Shown here one piece after another: positions 25,142-34,961 of a stretch of DNA of 64,000 bases. The stretch's first letter is position 1, and each line of letters starts with the position of its first letter. The stretch is taken from positions 1-64,000 of the IMG/VR virus record IMGVR_UViG_3300042691_008527; one strand, written 5' to 3'. This DNA comes from a virus. The translations under genes were made by a program, and so were the position numbers. The notes under the pieces were generated by a model. It was not told the origin of the DNA. It saw only the letters and a list, made by a program, of their open reading frames with translations, and did no database searches.

Positions 25142-26511
25142 TGGCTAAAACATATAAAGCATTACAGACTGTTGTTGTAGGAGCAGGAGGTGCTGCAAGC
25201 ATTAATTTTACAAACATTCCACAGAACTATGATGATCTTATTATAAAACATAGTCTTAGATCTAATCATGCACAAATTTATGAATATTGTGGGGTAAGGT
25301 TTAATAGTAACAGTTCATCAATTTATAGTCTTAAAAATCTTCGTGGTAATGGCTCTACCGTAATTAGTCAAACTCTTACCAATCAGACAAGATTTGAGTT
25401 TGAAATGGCGGAAGGAAATACAGCAACATCAAACACATTTAGTAATGGTGAGTTTTATATCCCAAATTATAGAGGAAGTGCAAATAAGTCTGTAAGTTCT
25501 GAATCGGTCCAAGAAACAAATGCCACCCTTGCTTATTCTGCTATGGATGCTGGAATCTGGGCAAGCACTGCAGCAATTACAGATATTCAAATTTTTCCTA
25601 CTGTTGGAACTTTATGGAATCAATATTCTATGGCTACTCTCTATGGCGTAGGTGGTGCTCGTGCAACTGGTGGTACTATAACTGCTGATGGATTATATAC
25701 ATATCATACTTTTACATCAAGTGGAGCTTTTATACCTCTTGAAAATATAGAAGGAATTGATTATCTTGTTGTTGCAGGTGGTGGAGGCGGAGCTGGATGG
25801 TACGGTGGCGGAGGTGGAGCTGGAGGTCTTAGATCTAGTAGAGTAAGAACTGGTGGTGGGGGATCAGTTCAAAATCAAATTAATGCTATTGCTGGAACAA
25901 CATATTCGGTAACTGTTGGTTCTGGAGGTGCATCTCAAACAAATGGAAATAACTCTATATTTGCTAATGTAATGTCTACTGGAGGAGGACGTGGTGGAAG
26001 CTATCAGTCTAATGCTCCTGGTGGTAACGGAGGTTCTGGAGGAGGTGGTGGTGCTGGTAATGCTGTAGGTGGTGTTTGGCTTCCAGGAGGAACTGGAACT
26101 GCAAATGAAGGATATGGCGGTGGTACTGGACATGCATCTAATGCTGGTGCTCCAGGAGGCGGTGGTGCAGGTGCTGCTGCTAGTAATGCACCAGCTTCTC
26201 CAAATGGAACTGCTACAGATGGTGGCATAGGTGTTGAGCTTGCTGTTTTTGCTAATCCAACAGGAACTGGCTCTAATAATTATTATGCAGGTGGTGGAGG
26301 TGGTGGCTCTACTGTTGGCGGTGGTAATGGAGTATATGCTGGAGTTGGCGGTCTTGGTGGTGGAGGCGCTGGCTCTCTTGTTGCAAACAGTGGAACTGGT
26401 GTGGCTGGAACTGCTAATACTGGTGGTGGGGGTGGAGGATCTGCCTACAATGTAAACTCTGGTGGAGCTGGTGGATCTGGTATAGTAATTGTTAGATATC
26501 CAAACACTTGA
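25141..26511 (+). CDS. Adhesin cassette 2, subunit C
   Basis: VVGAGG...FTNIPQNYDDL...ATLYGV, then Gly-rich domain. Confidence 0.75.
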   Translation: MAKTYKALQTVVVGAGGAASINFTNIPQNYDDLIIKHSLRSNHAQIYEYCGVRFNSNSSSIYSLKNLRGNGSTVISQTLTNQTRFEFEMAEGNTATSNTFSNGEFYIPNYRGSANKSVSSESVQETNATLAYSAMDAGIWASTAAITDIQIFPTVGTLWNQYSMATLYGVGGARATGGTITADGLYTYHTFTSSGAFIPLENIEGIDYLVVAGGGGGAGWYGGGGGAGGLRSSRVRTGGGGSVQNQINAIAGTTYSVTVGSGGASQTNGNNSIFANVMSTGGGRGGSYQSNAPGGNGGSGGGGGAGNAVGGVWLPGGTGTANEGYGGGTGHASNAGAPGGGGAGAAASNAPASPNGTATDGGIGVELAVFANPTGTGSNNYYAGGGGGGSTVGGGNGVYAGVGGLGGGGAGSLVANSGTGVAGTANTGGGGGGSAYNVNSGGAGGSGIVIVRYPNT

Positions 26512-26557
26512 CAATAAATAATCTTAATGCTACAATATAGAAAACAAAGGAGAAATA

Positions 26558-26797
26558 ATGACAATTGATTTTGCATCAATGTTATCAAATGATCAAAAGC
26601 GACAACTTATTCTTAATCGTATTCAGCAGTTTGTTGCTGAGGGGTATCAATTAACTCTTAATAAACGTACCGCTGAAAGTCTGGGATCTAATACACAAGT
26701 AGAGTCTACAGAAAAAGCAATTGCAGTTCTTGAAGAAGCAATTCGTGTTCATAAAGAAGAGCTTGATAAGATTCCATCTACTGAAGAACAGGCATAG
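26558..26797 (+). CDS. Hypothetical helical protein
   Basis: Own promoter TTGACA-17-TACAAT (26508-26536); AAGGAG RBS. Confidence 0.75.
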   Translation: MTIDFASMLSNDQKRQLILNRIQQFVAEGYQLTLNKRTAESLGSNTQVESTEKAIAVLEEAIRVHKEELDKIPSTEEQA

Positions 26798-26821
26798 TTA
26801 GCACTTTAAAAAACTTATAGT

Positions 26822-26857
26822 CCTATACCTATACAAAAGGTATAGGCTTTAGTTTTT
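26822..26857 (+). terminator. Intrinsic terminator
   Basis: CCTATACC/GGTATAGG stem and T-rich tail. Confidence 0.6.
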
Positions 26858-26959
26858 ACGTTTGCAACTTAATAAATAAAGTGATATACTTAGGGAGTAC
26901 TTGCAAAAAGTTCAAGTACTATCATTATAAATCTAAAATTTGAAAGGTAAGTGTTATAA

Positions 26960-28990
26960 ATGTCAGAGTTCTTTTCTTTTCGTTTGCTAGATGAGTTTGT
27001 TTCAAAATATGAATCAACTCCCGCCCCATTTGGTTTTGCCGATGCAGGGGGTAACTCTTTAGGAGAAATTACGTTTATTCGTACATATTCTCGTGTAAAG
27101 GAGGATGGCACAAAGGAAAAATGGCATGAGGTATGTCGTCGTGTTATTGAAGGCATGTATTCAGTTCAAAAAAATCACGCTAAAGAAAATCGTTTGCCTT
27201 GGAATGATAATAAGGCTCAGAAGTCTGCTCAGGAAGCCTATGATCGTATGTTTAATCTTAAGTGGACTCCCCCAGGTCGTGGCCTATGGGCATTTGGTAC
27301 CCCTATGACAATGGAGAAGCGTAACTCTGCTTCTCTACAAAACTGCGCTATGGTCTCTACTCGTGACCTTGATAGAAATGATCCAGGGGCATTATTTGCT
27401 TGGGTTATGGATGCTTTAATGCTTGGTATTGGTGTTGGGTTTGATACTGTTGGTCAGGATAAGGATCTTCTTATCTATGCCCCCACAGAACCAGCGGTAG
27501 TGTATGAAATCCCAGACACAAGAGAAGGATGGGTAGAAGCAACAAGACTGCTTATAAACTCATTTTTAAGGCAAAATCAGCCTATACAGGATTTTGACTA
27601 TAGCCTTATCCGACCCATGGGTGCCCCAATTAAGGGCTTCGGAGGCGTTGCAAGCGGTCCACAACCACTCATTGACCTCCATACACGGATTCGTAAAGTT
27701 ATTGGCTCCAGAGCTGGAGAAAAGCTAGACTCTCGTGCAATTGTTGATATCGTAAATCTTATTGGAACATGTGTTGTTTCTGGAAATGTTCGTAGATCAG
27801 CAACTCTTGCTTTAGGTGCTGCTGGCGATGATGCATTTATTAATCTTAAGAATGCAGAAATATTCCCAGATCGTAACTCGTTTGATCCAGAAAATCCAGG
27901 GTGGGCATGGATGTCAAATAATTCTATCTCTGCTACTGTAGGAACAAAGTATGAAGACTATGTTGATCTTATTGCAAATAATGGAGAGCCAGGTTTTATT
28001 TGGCTTGATGTTGCTCGTAATTTTGGTCGCCTTGCAGATCCAGCAGATGGAAAAGACTATCGTGTTATGGGATTCAACCCATGTGCTGAACAGCCACTAG
28101 AATCATATGAGCTTTGTACTCTAGTTGAGGTTCATCTTAATAGGCATGACTCAAAAGAAGACTTTCTACGAACATTAAAATTTGCATATTTGTATGGCAA
28201 GACGGTAACTCTTATGCCTACACACTGGCCTACAACAAATGGCATTATGCAGCGCAATCGTCGTATTGGAACATCTCTTACTGGTATTGCATCTTTTGCA
28301 GATACCCACGGTATGCCAACGACTCGTGAATGGATGGATGAGGGATATAAGACCATCCGTAAATACGATCACTCATATTCTGAGTGGCTTTGTGTTCGTG
28401 AATCAATTCGTGTTACAACCGTAAAGCCATCTGGCTCTGTCTCAATTCTTTCTGGTGCTACCCCTGGAGTTCACTGGGGACCTGGAGGAAACTACTTCCT
28501 TCGTGCCATTAGATTTGGTGATGCAGATCCTATGCTTCATTTATTTAAAGCCGCAGGGTACAAGATTGAAAAAGATCTAGTATCTGCCAATACTCAAGTA
28601 GTATATTTCCCAGTAGCATCTGGACATCCAAGATCAGAAAAAGATGTAAGCCTATTTGAAAAAATTGGTCTTGCTGCCAGCACACAAAAATATTGGTCAG
28701 ATAATGGTGTTTCTGTCACATTATCTTTTGATAAAGAAACAGAGACTAAGCACATTGCTCCAGCTCTTCATATGTACGAAGGGCAGCTAAAAGCAGTTTC
28801 ATTCTTGCCAATGGGCAACACTGTTTATCCTCAGCAACCATATACTCAAATTACAAAAGAAGAGTATGAGTCATATATCGGAAAGATTGCAAAGATTAAT
28901 TTTAATGCAATTTACGACGGTGTTGAAAATCTTGAGGCTCAGGGAGAAATGTACTGCACTACAGATGCATGTGAGATAAAAATATCTTAA
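26960..28990 (+). CDS. nrdJ: Class II (adenosylcobalamin-dependent) ribonucleotide reductase, RTPR type
   Basis: RTYSR, PPGRGLW, LQNCA, GNVRRSA, GFNPCAEQ, TTVKPSGSVS, C-terminal CTTDAC. Confidence 0.95.
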   Translation: MSEFFSFRLLDEFVSKYESTPAPFGFADAGGNSLGEITFIRTYSRVKEDGTKEKWHEVCRRVIEGMYSVQKNHAKENRLPWNDNKAQKSAQEAYDRMFNLKWTPPGRGLWAFGTPMTMEKRNSASLQNCAMVSTRDLDRNDPGALFAWVMDALMLGIGVGFDTVGQDKDLLIYAPTEPAVVYEIPDTREGWVEATRLLINSFLRQNQPIQDFDYSLIRPMGAPIKGFGGVASGPQPLIDLHTRIRKVIGSRAGEKLDSRAIVDIVNLIGTCVVSGNVRRSATLALGAAGDDAFINLKNAEIFPDRNSFDPENPGWAWMSNNSISATVGTKYEDYVDLIANNGEPGFIWLDVARNFGRLADPADGKDYRVMGFNPCAEQPLESYELCTLVEVHLNRHDSKEDFLRTLKFAYLYGKTVTLMPTHWPTTNGIMQRNRRIGTSLTGIASFADTHGMPTTREWMDEGYKTIRKYDHSYSEWLCVRESIRVTTVKPSGSVSILSGATPGVHWGPGGNYFLRAIRFGDADPMLHLFKAAGYKIEKDLVSANTQVVYFPVASGHPRSEKDVSLFEKIGLAASTQKYWSDNGVSVTLSFDKETETKHIAPALHMYEGQLKAVSFLPMGNTVYPQQPYTQITKEEYESYIGKIAKINFNAIYDGVENLEAQGEMYCTTDACEIKIS

Positions 28991-29016
28991 GCATGGTAAA
29001 ATAGGGTAGGAGCAAA

Positions 29017-32000
29017 ATGACTATCCAATCTAACCTGTATGTAGAAAAAGTAAATTCGGAGCATCCGCTTGCAGTATGGATGCTTAATGATCAGCTTGAC
29101 TATATTCAGTTAGTTACTGAGGCTGAAAGATACTTTGAAGACTCTGGAGAGTGGACATTAACAAATGCCACGGCATCAGCAGAACCATTAAGCTCAAATA
29201 CTCCATTTAGGGATAGTCACTCAAGTAGAATAATTGGCTCTGTTCCATCTGGGCCAACTATGACTATACAAGCCCTTAGTGTATTTGAACAGGACCTAGC
29301 AGATTATAATAATGATCTTGCTAATTTTGCTATGGCATTTCATATATATTTTGATACAACATATCAAACATCTCTAACTTATGGGTATCAATATTATGAT
29401 CCAATCTCATTACTTACTGTTGAGGTAACAACATCTGATAGTCTTAACTCATCAGATTCTAATATATGGAAGTTTTTTTCTCATACTTTTGAAAATCCTC
29501 CAGCAACAGCTCAAAATATAAAATTAATTATTAGAGTTAATGTTGACTCTGGTGGATCTGCTGGAGAATATGATTTTATTATAAACGGATTAACTCTAGG
29601 TCAATGGTCAGAAGAATTTAATAGAACTTCTTTGGGTGTAAATCCAACACCTCTACCAGCAGGAATTGCATTCAATGGTTCTCCAGACTGTATAGAGGCT
29701 CTTCCATATGGAACATCCTCCCTGAGTGGATACTATATAGCGCATGATGATAAGTTGTATGCAATTAACTATGGCATTCCTTTAGTTTATGGATCATCAA
29801 ATGTGACTAGAACTGCCCCACATGAACACAGCGGTGAGTATTGGCCAAGCGTTATTTTTCCAGGGTACGGATTTTTAAATGAACGTGGCAAGTTTAATGA
29901 ATATACAGTAGAGATGTGGGTAAGTCTTAATAGTGATGCAATTGCTCCAAGAAAATTTTTCGGTCCAATTACTGGCAATGATGGCTTGTATGTAGAAGAT
30001 GGATTCTTGACAATGGTTGTTGGCAAAAACTTTGGATCTTACTTTGTTGGCGAGTGGTCTAGGCCAATGCTTATTCAAATACGATATGTACAAAATAATA
30101 TATCTATGCTTGTAAATGGTGAGCAGGTTGTATCTTTTGATTTTGTTGAGTCAGACTTAATTCTTCCAGATGAATATAATTCTTCTAATGAAAGCCAAGA
30201 TTGGTTAGCATTTTACTCCTATGAAGACTTAAGGAATATTGATATTGACTCTTTTGCCATTTATCCATATTCTGTGCCAGTTGAAGTAGCAAAACGTAGG
30301 TGGGTTTGGGGTCAGGGTGTGGTAGCTCCAGAAACTACTAATGCATCTCTTAATGCTACTACAGCTTTTAACGATTATGCATTTGCCGACTATTCTGTAA
30401 ACTATAATTATCCAGACTTTGCTTCATGGAGGCAGGCATATTTTTCTAATGTTGAAACATCTTCAAATTATCTTAGTCTTCCAAATTATGCAAAGCCAGA
30501 GGTGTATACTCAAGATTTTACAGAGCAAGAGTGGTATGATGATAATCAAGCTGCACAAACATCGAATGCTTTGAAGTATTATACCTTTAGACCAAATGCT
30601 GGATGGAACTCAAAAACCTGCTATATCTACTTTGATAATTTTGCAGTATTAAATGATCGGGTAGAGTCATTTTATGGAATATTTGAGTCTGATGGAACAT
30701 CTGTAAATGAGCCGTTATTTAAAATACAAAACACAGTAACCAAAGATTATTTAACGTGTAGTATCAATTCAACAACTGTTACATATACTATAAATATAAG
30801 TGGAACAAATACTACACTAGCAACTAAAACAATTACCGCCAATAATAAATTTGTTGTTGGTTTTAATATTCCACTGCTTTCATTGAGAGCAATAACTGGA
30901 ATTAATAAATTCTTTACAAACCAATCCTTGCTTAATCTTTATGTTCATGGCGATGGTACTACAACATTTAAAGGCAAAGGATATGCTATAGGCTTTAATA
31001 ATGTTTATAATAATAAAAAAATACAGAATGCTTATGACTCTACTGGTATTTTTAAAATATCTGATACCGAATCAATAACAAATGCTGTAGCATCCAATAA
31101 TCAGATAACGTTTACAGCAAACAATACTTTTATTTTAGGAGACAAGGTTACAACGTCTGGTGTAACATCCTCGCCAGCTGGAAACTTTAATTTATCAGAT
31201 CAAACCATAGTAAAAAGATCAGATGCCAACTTTATAATTTCTAATGCTGCAACCGGAACTTATACGTCTGGAGGTACAGCCACGGTATCTCAAGAAAACA
31301 GAGCAATGAATATCCTAAACTATAAGGCAAACTATACCTTTATCCCATTGGAACAATATAATATATTTTTTACTGACATTGCTGTATCTGGATATTGGGA
31401 AGACTATATGCCATTGTCATATTTTGGCAGGTTTACTGAAGACTATGATGGAGAAACATACTACGATGTTGACTCAATTCAGGTAAATCTTGATTACCCA
31501 GAACCTTTAGAGATTGACTCTATCGAATCTACAGCTTCGTGGATATATAGTGACCTTGAAGCAAGATATGATTCTCCAGTTCAGCAAACATATTCTGAGT
31601 TAGATAATAACGTTTATTCTGGCTGGGATGATTATGAAGATATGGAAGAAGATTCTACTAAATATTATTATTATCCTACAACAGATAATACAGTTAGGTC
31701 GTTTGTTTCATTTCAAAGAATTTCTCAGGGTGTAAATAAAAAACTAATAGATTTTGAAAACTTTGATGTGGCACGAGTAAAGGGAGTTGTTGATCCAAGC
31801 CTTGTTTCAACTCCATGGGAAACCACAGCCTTTGAGTTTGTTGACGGCTCTGTTATTTATCCACCTACCGTTGATCAAAACAACGATCCAGTTGACTTTA
31901 ATGATTTAGCTCTCGTATATCATTTAGATTTTAATTGTCAGGGTATCGTGCATCATCCAATTATATTTAGAGAGCTTCAATTTGCATCAGAAGTTCTAGA

Positions 32001-32895
32001 AAGACAAGAGTTTACTCCAATAGGAACAAAGTTTGGTGCACAGGTCTACCCATATAGCCGCCTTGGTCTTTATTTTAATTTTAAAGAAAAAAATCCAATA
32101 TCTATTTATAAAGGAAGCACCCCACACTTATATCTAAATAGACACTCTGGTTGGAGAATACGTGGAGACTTCAATTTCTTAGTTGATAGAGGGGTATCAT
32201 TGCCAGTAAATCCACAAGGAGGTATTGATATAGACGTAAGTGCTATTCAGATGTGGATTCGTTTTGCAGACAGGGTATTTCCAACTGCTGATCTAGAAAT
32301 ATTTTCTATAGATTTTAAAGATGCTATTTATGATTTTTATATTCATGCAGATGAAAGCACACAGCGTGGATATATTTATGCAAAGAATAGAGAAACTAGT
32401 GCGATAGTGGATACTATTCAGTATTATGTTAATGGTCAATATGTGGATACCCCATATATTGTAAACGAACAATGGACAGTCCTTGGTATGTCGTTTCCTG
32501 CATTGCTCAGCTTTGATTCCTATGTTGGAAGAATTAATCTAAATGGCCCACTGACATATAATAATATTTCTTATTATTTATCAACTAATCTCCAGCAAAC
32601 CCAGCAGGTTATTTCTAGAATCTGGGGAGACGTAAATAATGAAACATGGAACTATTGGAAGAACCTTCCTATCATAGAGCCTGACGGATCTACACATTTA
32701 GCATATTGGAATAATATTAGTGTACTTAGTTCTACAAATATTTATGATATTAATCCAGAATTTATCTATAAAAAGTATGTTGGAACTGATCGAATAATAA
32801 TTGATGACAATAGTGGCCCCCTGTCGCTTGAACCAGAAGAATTTACATTCTATAATGAGGTAATTTGGTCAACTTCAGTATCTAACGCTGTATAA
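29017..32895 (+). CDS. Large virion protein with LamG/ConA-like domains
   Basis: PLAVWMLND, YTVEMW, LVNGEQV; 1292 aa, beta-rich. Confidence 0.65.
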   Translation: MTIQSNLYVEKVNSEHPLAVWMLNDQLDYIQLVTEAERYFEDSGEWTLTNATASAEPLSSNTPFRDSHSSRIIGSVPSGPTMTIQALSVFEQDLADYNNDLANFAMAFHIYFDTTYQTSLTYGYQYYDPISLLTVEVTTSDSLNSSDSNIWKFFSHTFENPPATAQNIKLIIRVNVDSGGSAGEYDFIINGLTLGQWSEEFNRTSLGVNPTPLPAGIAFNGSPDCIEALPYGTSSLSGYYIAHDDKLYAINYGIPLVYGSSNVTRTAPHEHSGEYWPSVIFPGYGFLNERGKFNEYTVEMWVSLNSDAIAPRKFFGPITGNDGLYVEDGFLTMVVGKNFGSYFVGEWSRPMLIQIRYVQNNISMLVNGEQVVSFDFVESDLILPDEYNSSNESQDWLAFYSYEDLRNIDIDSFAIYPYSVPVEVAKRRWVWGQGVVAPETTNASLNATTAFNDYAFADYSVNYNYPDFASWRQAYFSNVETSSNYLSLPNYAKPEVYTQDFTEQEWYDDNQAAQTSNALKYYTFRPNAGWNSKTCYIYFDNFAVLNDRVESFYGIFESDGTSVNEPLFKIQNTVTKDYLTCSINSTTVTYTINISGTNTTLATKTITANNKFVVGFNIPLLSLRAITGINKFFTNQSLLNLYVHGDGTTTFKGKGYAIGFNNVYNNKKIQNAYDSTGIFKISDTESITNAVASNNQITFTANNTFILGDKVTTSGVTSSPAGNFNLSDQTIVKRSDANFIISNAATGTYTSGGTATVSQENRAMNILNYKANYTFIPLEQYNIFFTDIAVSGYWEDYMPLSYFGRFTEDYDGETYYDVDSIQVNLDYPEPLEIDSIESTASWIYSDLEARYDSPVQQTYSELDNNVYSGWDDYEDMEEDSTKYYYYPTTDNTVRSFVSFQRISQGVNKKLIDFENFDVARVKGVVDPSLVSTPWETTAFEFVDGSVIYPPTVDQNNDPVDFNDLALVYHLDFNCQGIVHHPIIFRELQFASEVLERQEFTPIGTKFGAQVYPYSRLGLYFNFKEKNPISIYKGSTPHLYLNRHSGWRIRGDFNFLVDRGVSLPVNPQGGIDIDVSAIQMWIRFADRVFPTADLEIFSIDFKDAIYDFYIHADESTQRGYIYAKNRETSAIVDTIQYYVNGQYVDTPYIVNEQWTVLGMSFPALLSFDSYVGRINLNGPLTYNNISYYLSTNLQQTQQVISRIWGDVNNETWNYWKNLPIIEPDGSTHLAYWNNISVLSSTNIYDINPEFIYKKYVGTDRIIIDDNSGPLSLEPEEFTFYNEVIWSTSVSNAV

Positions 32896-32913
32896 TCTGG
32901 TATACTTGTGGTT

Positions 32914-33312
32914 ATGAATCCGCTTATTAGTCAAAAAACTGGTAAACCACTTGTTAGTAATGTCAGAAAAAAAGTTATTGATAAGAGCTATGACTGGGGT
33001 CTATATGTATATAAGAAGTCTACTGGAAAATGGTTTACAGACGGAGAAGGAAATGTTTTAAATATCCCTTCAATGAAAGGTGATATTTCTAAAATTTCAG
33101 AACTTAAGAAAGCCGCTATGCACTACGGAGATGATGGTCAGGGTGAAGCAATATTTGTTCCAGGCCTTACCAGGATTTCAGATGAAGAATATACAGAGCA
33201 AATGGAAAGAATGAAGCAAGGCTTAATCCCATCCATGAATGATCTCGGTGCTTGGCATGCTGCACAACAAACTTTAGACACACACGGGAGAGATATTTAC
33301 GAAAATGGATAG
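32914..33312 (+). CDS. Hypothetical protein preceding the portal
   Basis: ORF track; leaderless ATG 32914 below TGGTATACT. Confidence 0.7.
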   Translation: MNPLISQKTGKPLVSNVRKKVIDKSYDWGLYVYKKSTGKWFTDGEGNVLNIPSMKGDISKISELKKAAMHYGDDGQGEAIFVPGLTRISDEEYTEQMERMKQGLIPSMNDLGAWHAAQQTLDTHGRDIYENG

Positions 33313-34918
33313 AGACTACAATTATATTGAAGCTAGCATAAATACTCAGTCTGAAGATGACAATATTTTTAGGGGTCAGGATCCGTTTAGCAAAAGCTGG
33401 TCAGACCTAAAAGAACTAACTGGTATGGACGCTAATTTTAAGCGTAGAACTGTTAGGAGTATGTCAAAATATGTTAATACTACTAATCCATCTCCAAAGT
33501 ATTTAGAAGATGCACTTAGCACTTCCACTGGTCGGGATGGTACAAAGTCTAAGCAACTAAATCCAGGAACAATATATCAAAACGGATATGGCATGTTTGA
33601 TGTTATTACCCCACCATATAATATGTATGAGCTTTCTAGCTTTTATGATACATCTTTTGCCAACCATGCAGCTATTGATGCTAAGGTAGAAAATACAGTA
33701 GGCCTTGGATATCGCTTTGATCTAACAGATAAAACAATGCTTAGGTTTGAAATGAATGACGATGCAGATGCAGTAAATCGTGCAAGAAAGCGCATTGAAA
33801 GACTTAAGATCGAACTTCGTGATTGGCTTGAATCATTAAATGATGATGATAGTTTTCAGAAGACAATGGAAAAGTTTTATACAGATGTTCAAGCTACTGG
33901 AAATGGATATCTTGAAATAGGTCGTACAGTAAGTGGAGAAATCGGATATGTTGGTCATATCCCTGCAACTACGGTTCGTGTTCGCAGACTTAGGGATGGT
34001 TTCGTTCAGATTATTGGTCAGAAGCTAGTTTACTTCCGTAATTTTGGAGCTACAAACACTAATCCAATAACATCAGATCCAAGACCAAATGAAATTATCC
34101 ATTATAAAGAGTACTCCCCATTAAACACATTCTATGGTGTTCCAGATATTATTGCTGCTATGCCATCTTTAATTGGTGACTCTCTTGCTGCACAATATAA
34201 TATTGATTATTTCCAAAATAAAGCGGTTCCACGATATGTCATCGTAACTAAGGGAGCAAAACTCTCTGCCGATGCAGAAGATAAAATGTTTAGATTTTTG
34301 CAGACTGGGTTAAAGGCTCAAAATCACAGGACTCTGTATATTCCACTTCCTGGCGATACCGATAATAGCAAGGTAGAGTTTAAGATGGAGCCTATTGAAA
34401 ACGGTATACAAGAAGGTTCATTTAAAGAATACCGTAAACAAAATCGTGATGATATTTTAATTGCACATCAAGTTCCTATCTCTAAACTTGGTGGAGCGGA
34501 GTCTGGTGCTATTGCTGCTGCTTTAGCACAAGATAGAACATTCAAAGAGCAAGTATCTAGACCAGCACAGAAGCATTTAGAAAAGGTAGTAAATAAGATT
34601 ATTCGTGAAAAAACAGATATTCTTGATCTTAAATTTAATGAACTTACTTTGACTGATGAAATTACACAATCTCAAATTATTGAAAGATATGTAAAGGCTC
34701 AGGTTATGACTCCAAACGAAGCTCGTGAAAAGCTAGATCTTCCACAGAGGCCAGATGGTGACGATCCATTCGTAATGTCCTCAAGGGAAGCAGCTGATGC
34801 TAGAGCAAATTTTGCTGGGAATCGTGAAAGAGACTCTGAAAGAACAAATAATCAATCAGATGGCGAGGCCACTATATCTGGAAGAAATCCACAGGGAGAG
34901 GGTCGTTCATCCACATAA
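33305..34918 (+). CDS. Portal protein (PBSX/HK97-like)
   Basis: TGNGYLE, EIIHYKEYSP..FYGVPD, YFQNKAVP, MTPNEARE. Confidence 0.9.
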   Translation: MDRDYNYIEASINTQSEDDNIFRGQDPFSKSWSDLKELTGMDANFKRRTVRSMSKYVNTTNPSPKYLEDALSTSTGRDGTKSKQLNPGTIYQNGYGMFDVITPPYNMYELSSFYDTSFANHAAIDAKVENTVGLGYRFDLTDKTMLRFEMNDDADAVNRARKRIERLKIELRDWLESLNDDDSFQKTMEKFYTDVQATGNGYLEIGRTVSGEIGYVGHIPATTVRVRRLRDGFVQIIGQKLVYFRNFGATNTNPITSDPRPNEIIHYKEYSPLNTFYGVPDIIAAMPSLIGDSLAAQYNIDYFQNKAVPRYVIVTKGAKLSADAEDKMFRFLQTGLKAQNHRTLYIPLPGDTDNSKVEFKMEPIENGIQEGSFKEYRKQNRDDILIAHQVPISKLGGAESGAIAAALAQDRTFKEQVSRPAQKHLEKVVNKIIREKTDILDLKFNELTLTDEITQSQIIERYVKAQVMTPNEAREKLDLPQRPDGDDPFVMSSREAADARANFAGNRERDSERTNNQSDGEATISGRNPQGEGRSST

Positions 34919-34937
34919 TTATCCACATATTGGATAA
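34907..34937. promoter_or_regulatory. DnaA-box cluster
   Basis: TCATCCACA, TTATCCACA (perfect), inverted ATTGGATAA. Confidence 0.45.
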
Positions 34938-34961
34938 AATATTTGGTATAATTGGTTTGAT

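Noticed and set aside
9958-26511. Diversity-generating retroelement or invertase shufflon acting on the Gly-rich genes
   Set aside because: No reverse transcriptase or recombinase. I saw no near-identical template/variable pair; similarity is at protein level.
26862-26959. NrdR box upstream of nrdJ
   Set aside because: Only a promoter (TTGCAA-17-TATACT) and a GTACTTG/CAAGTAC inverted repeat; no convincing NrdR consensus.
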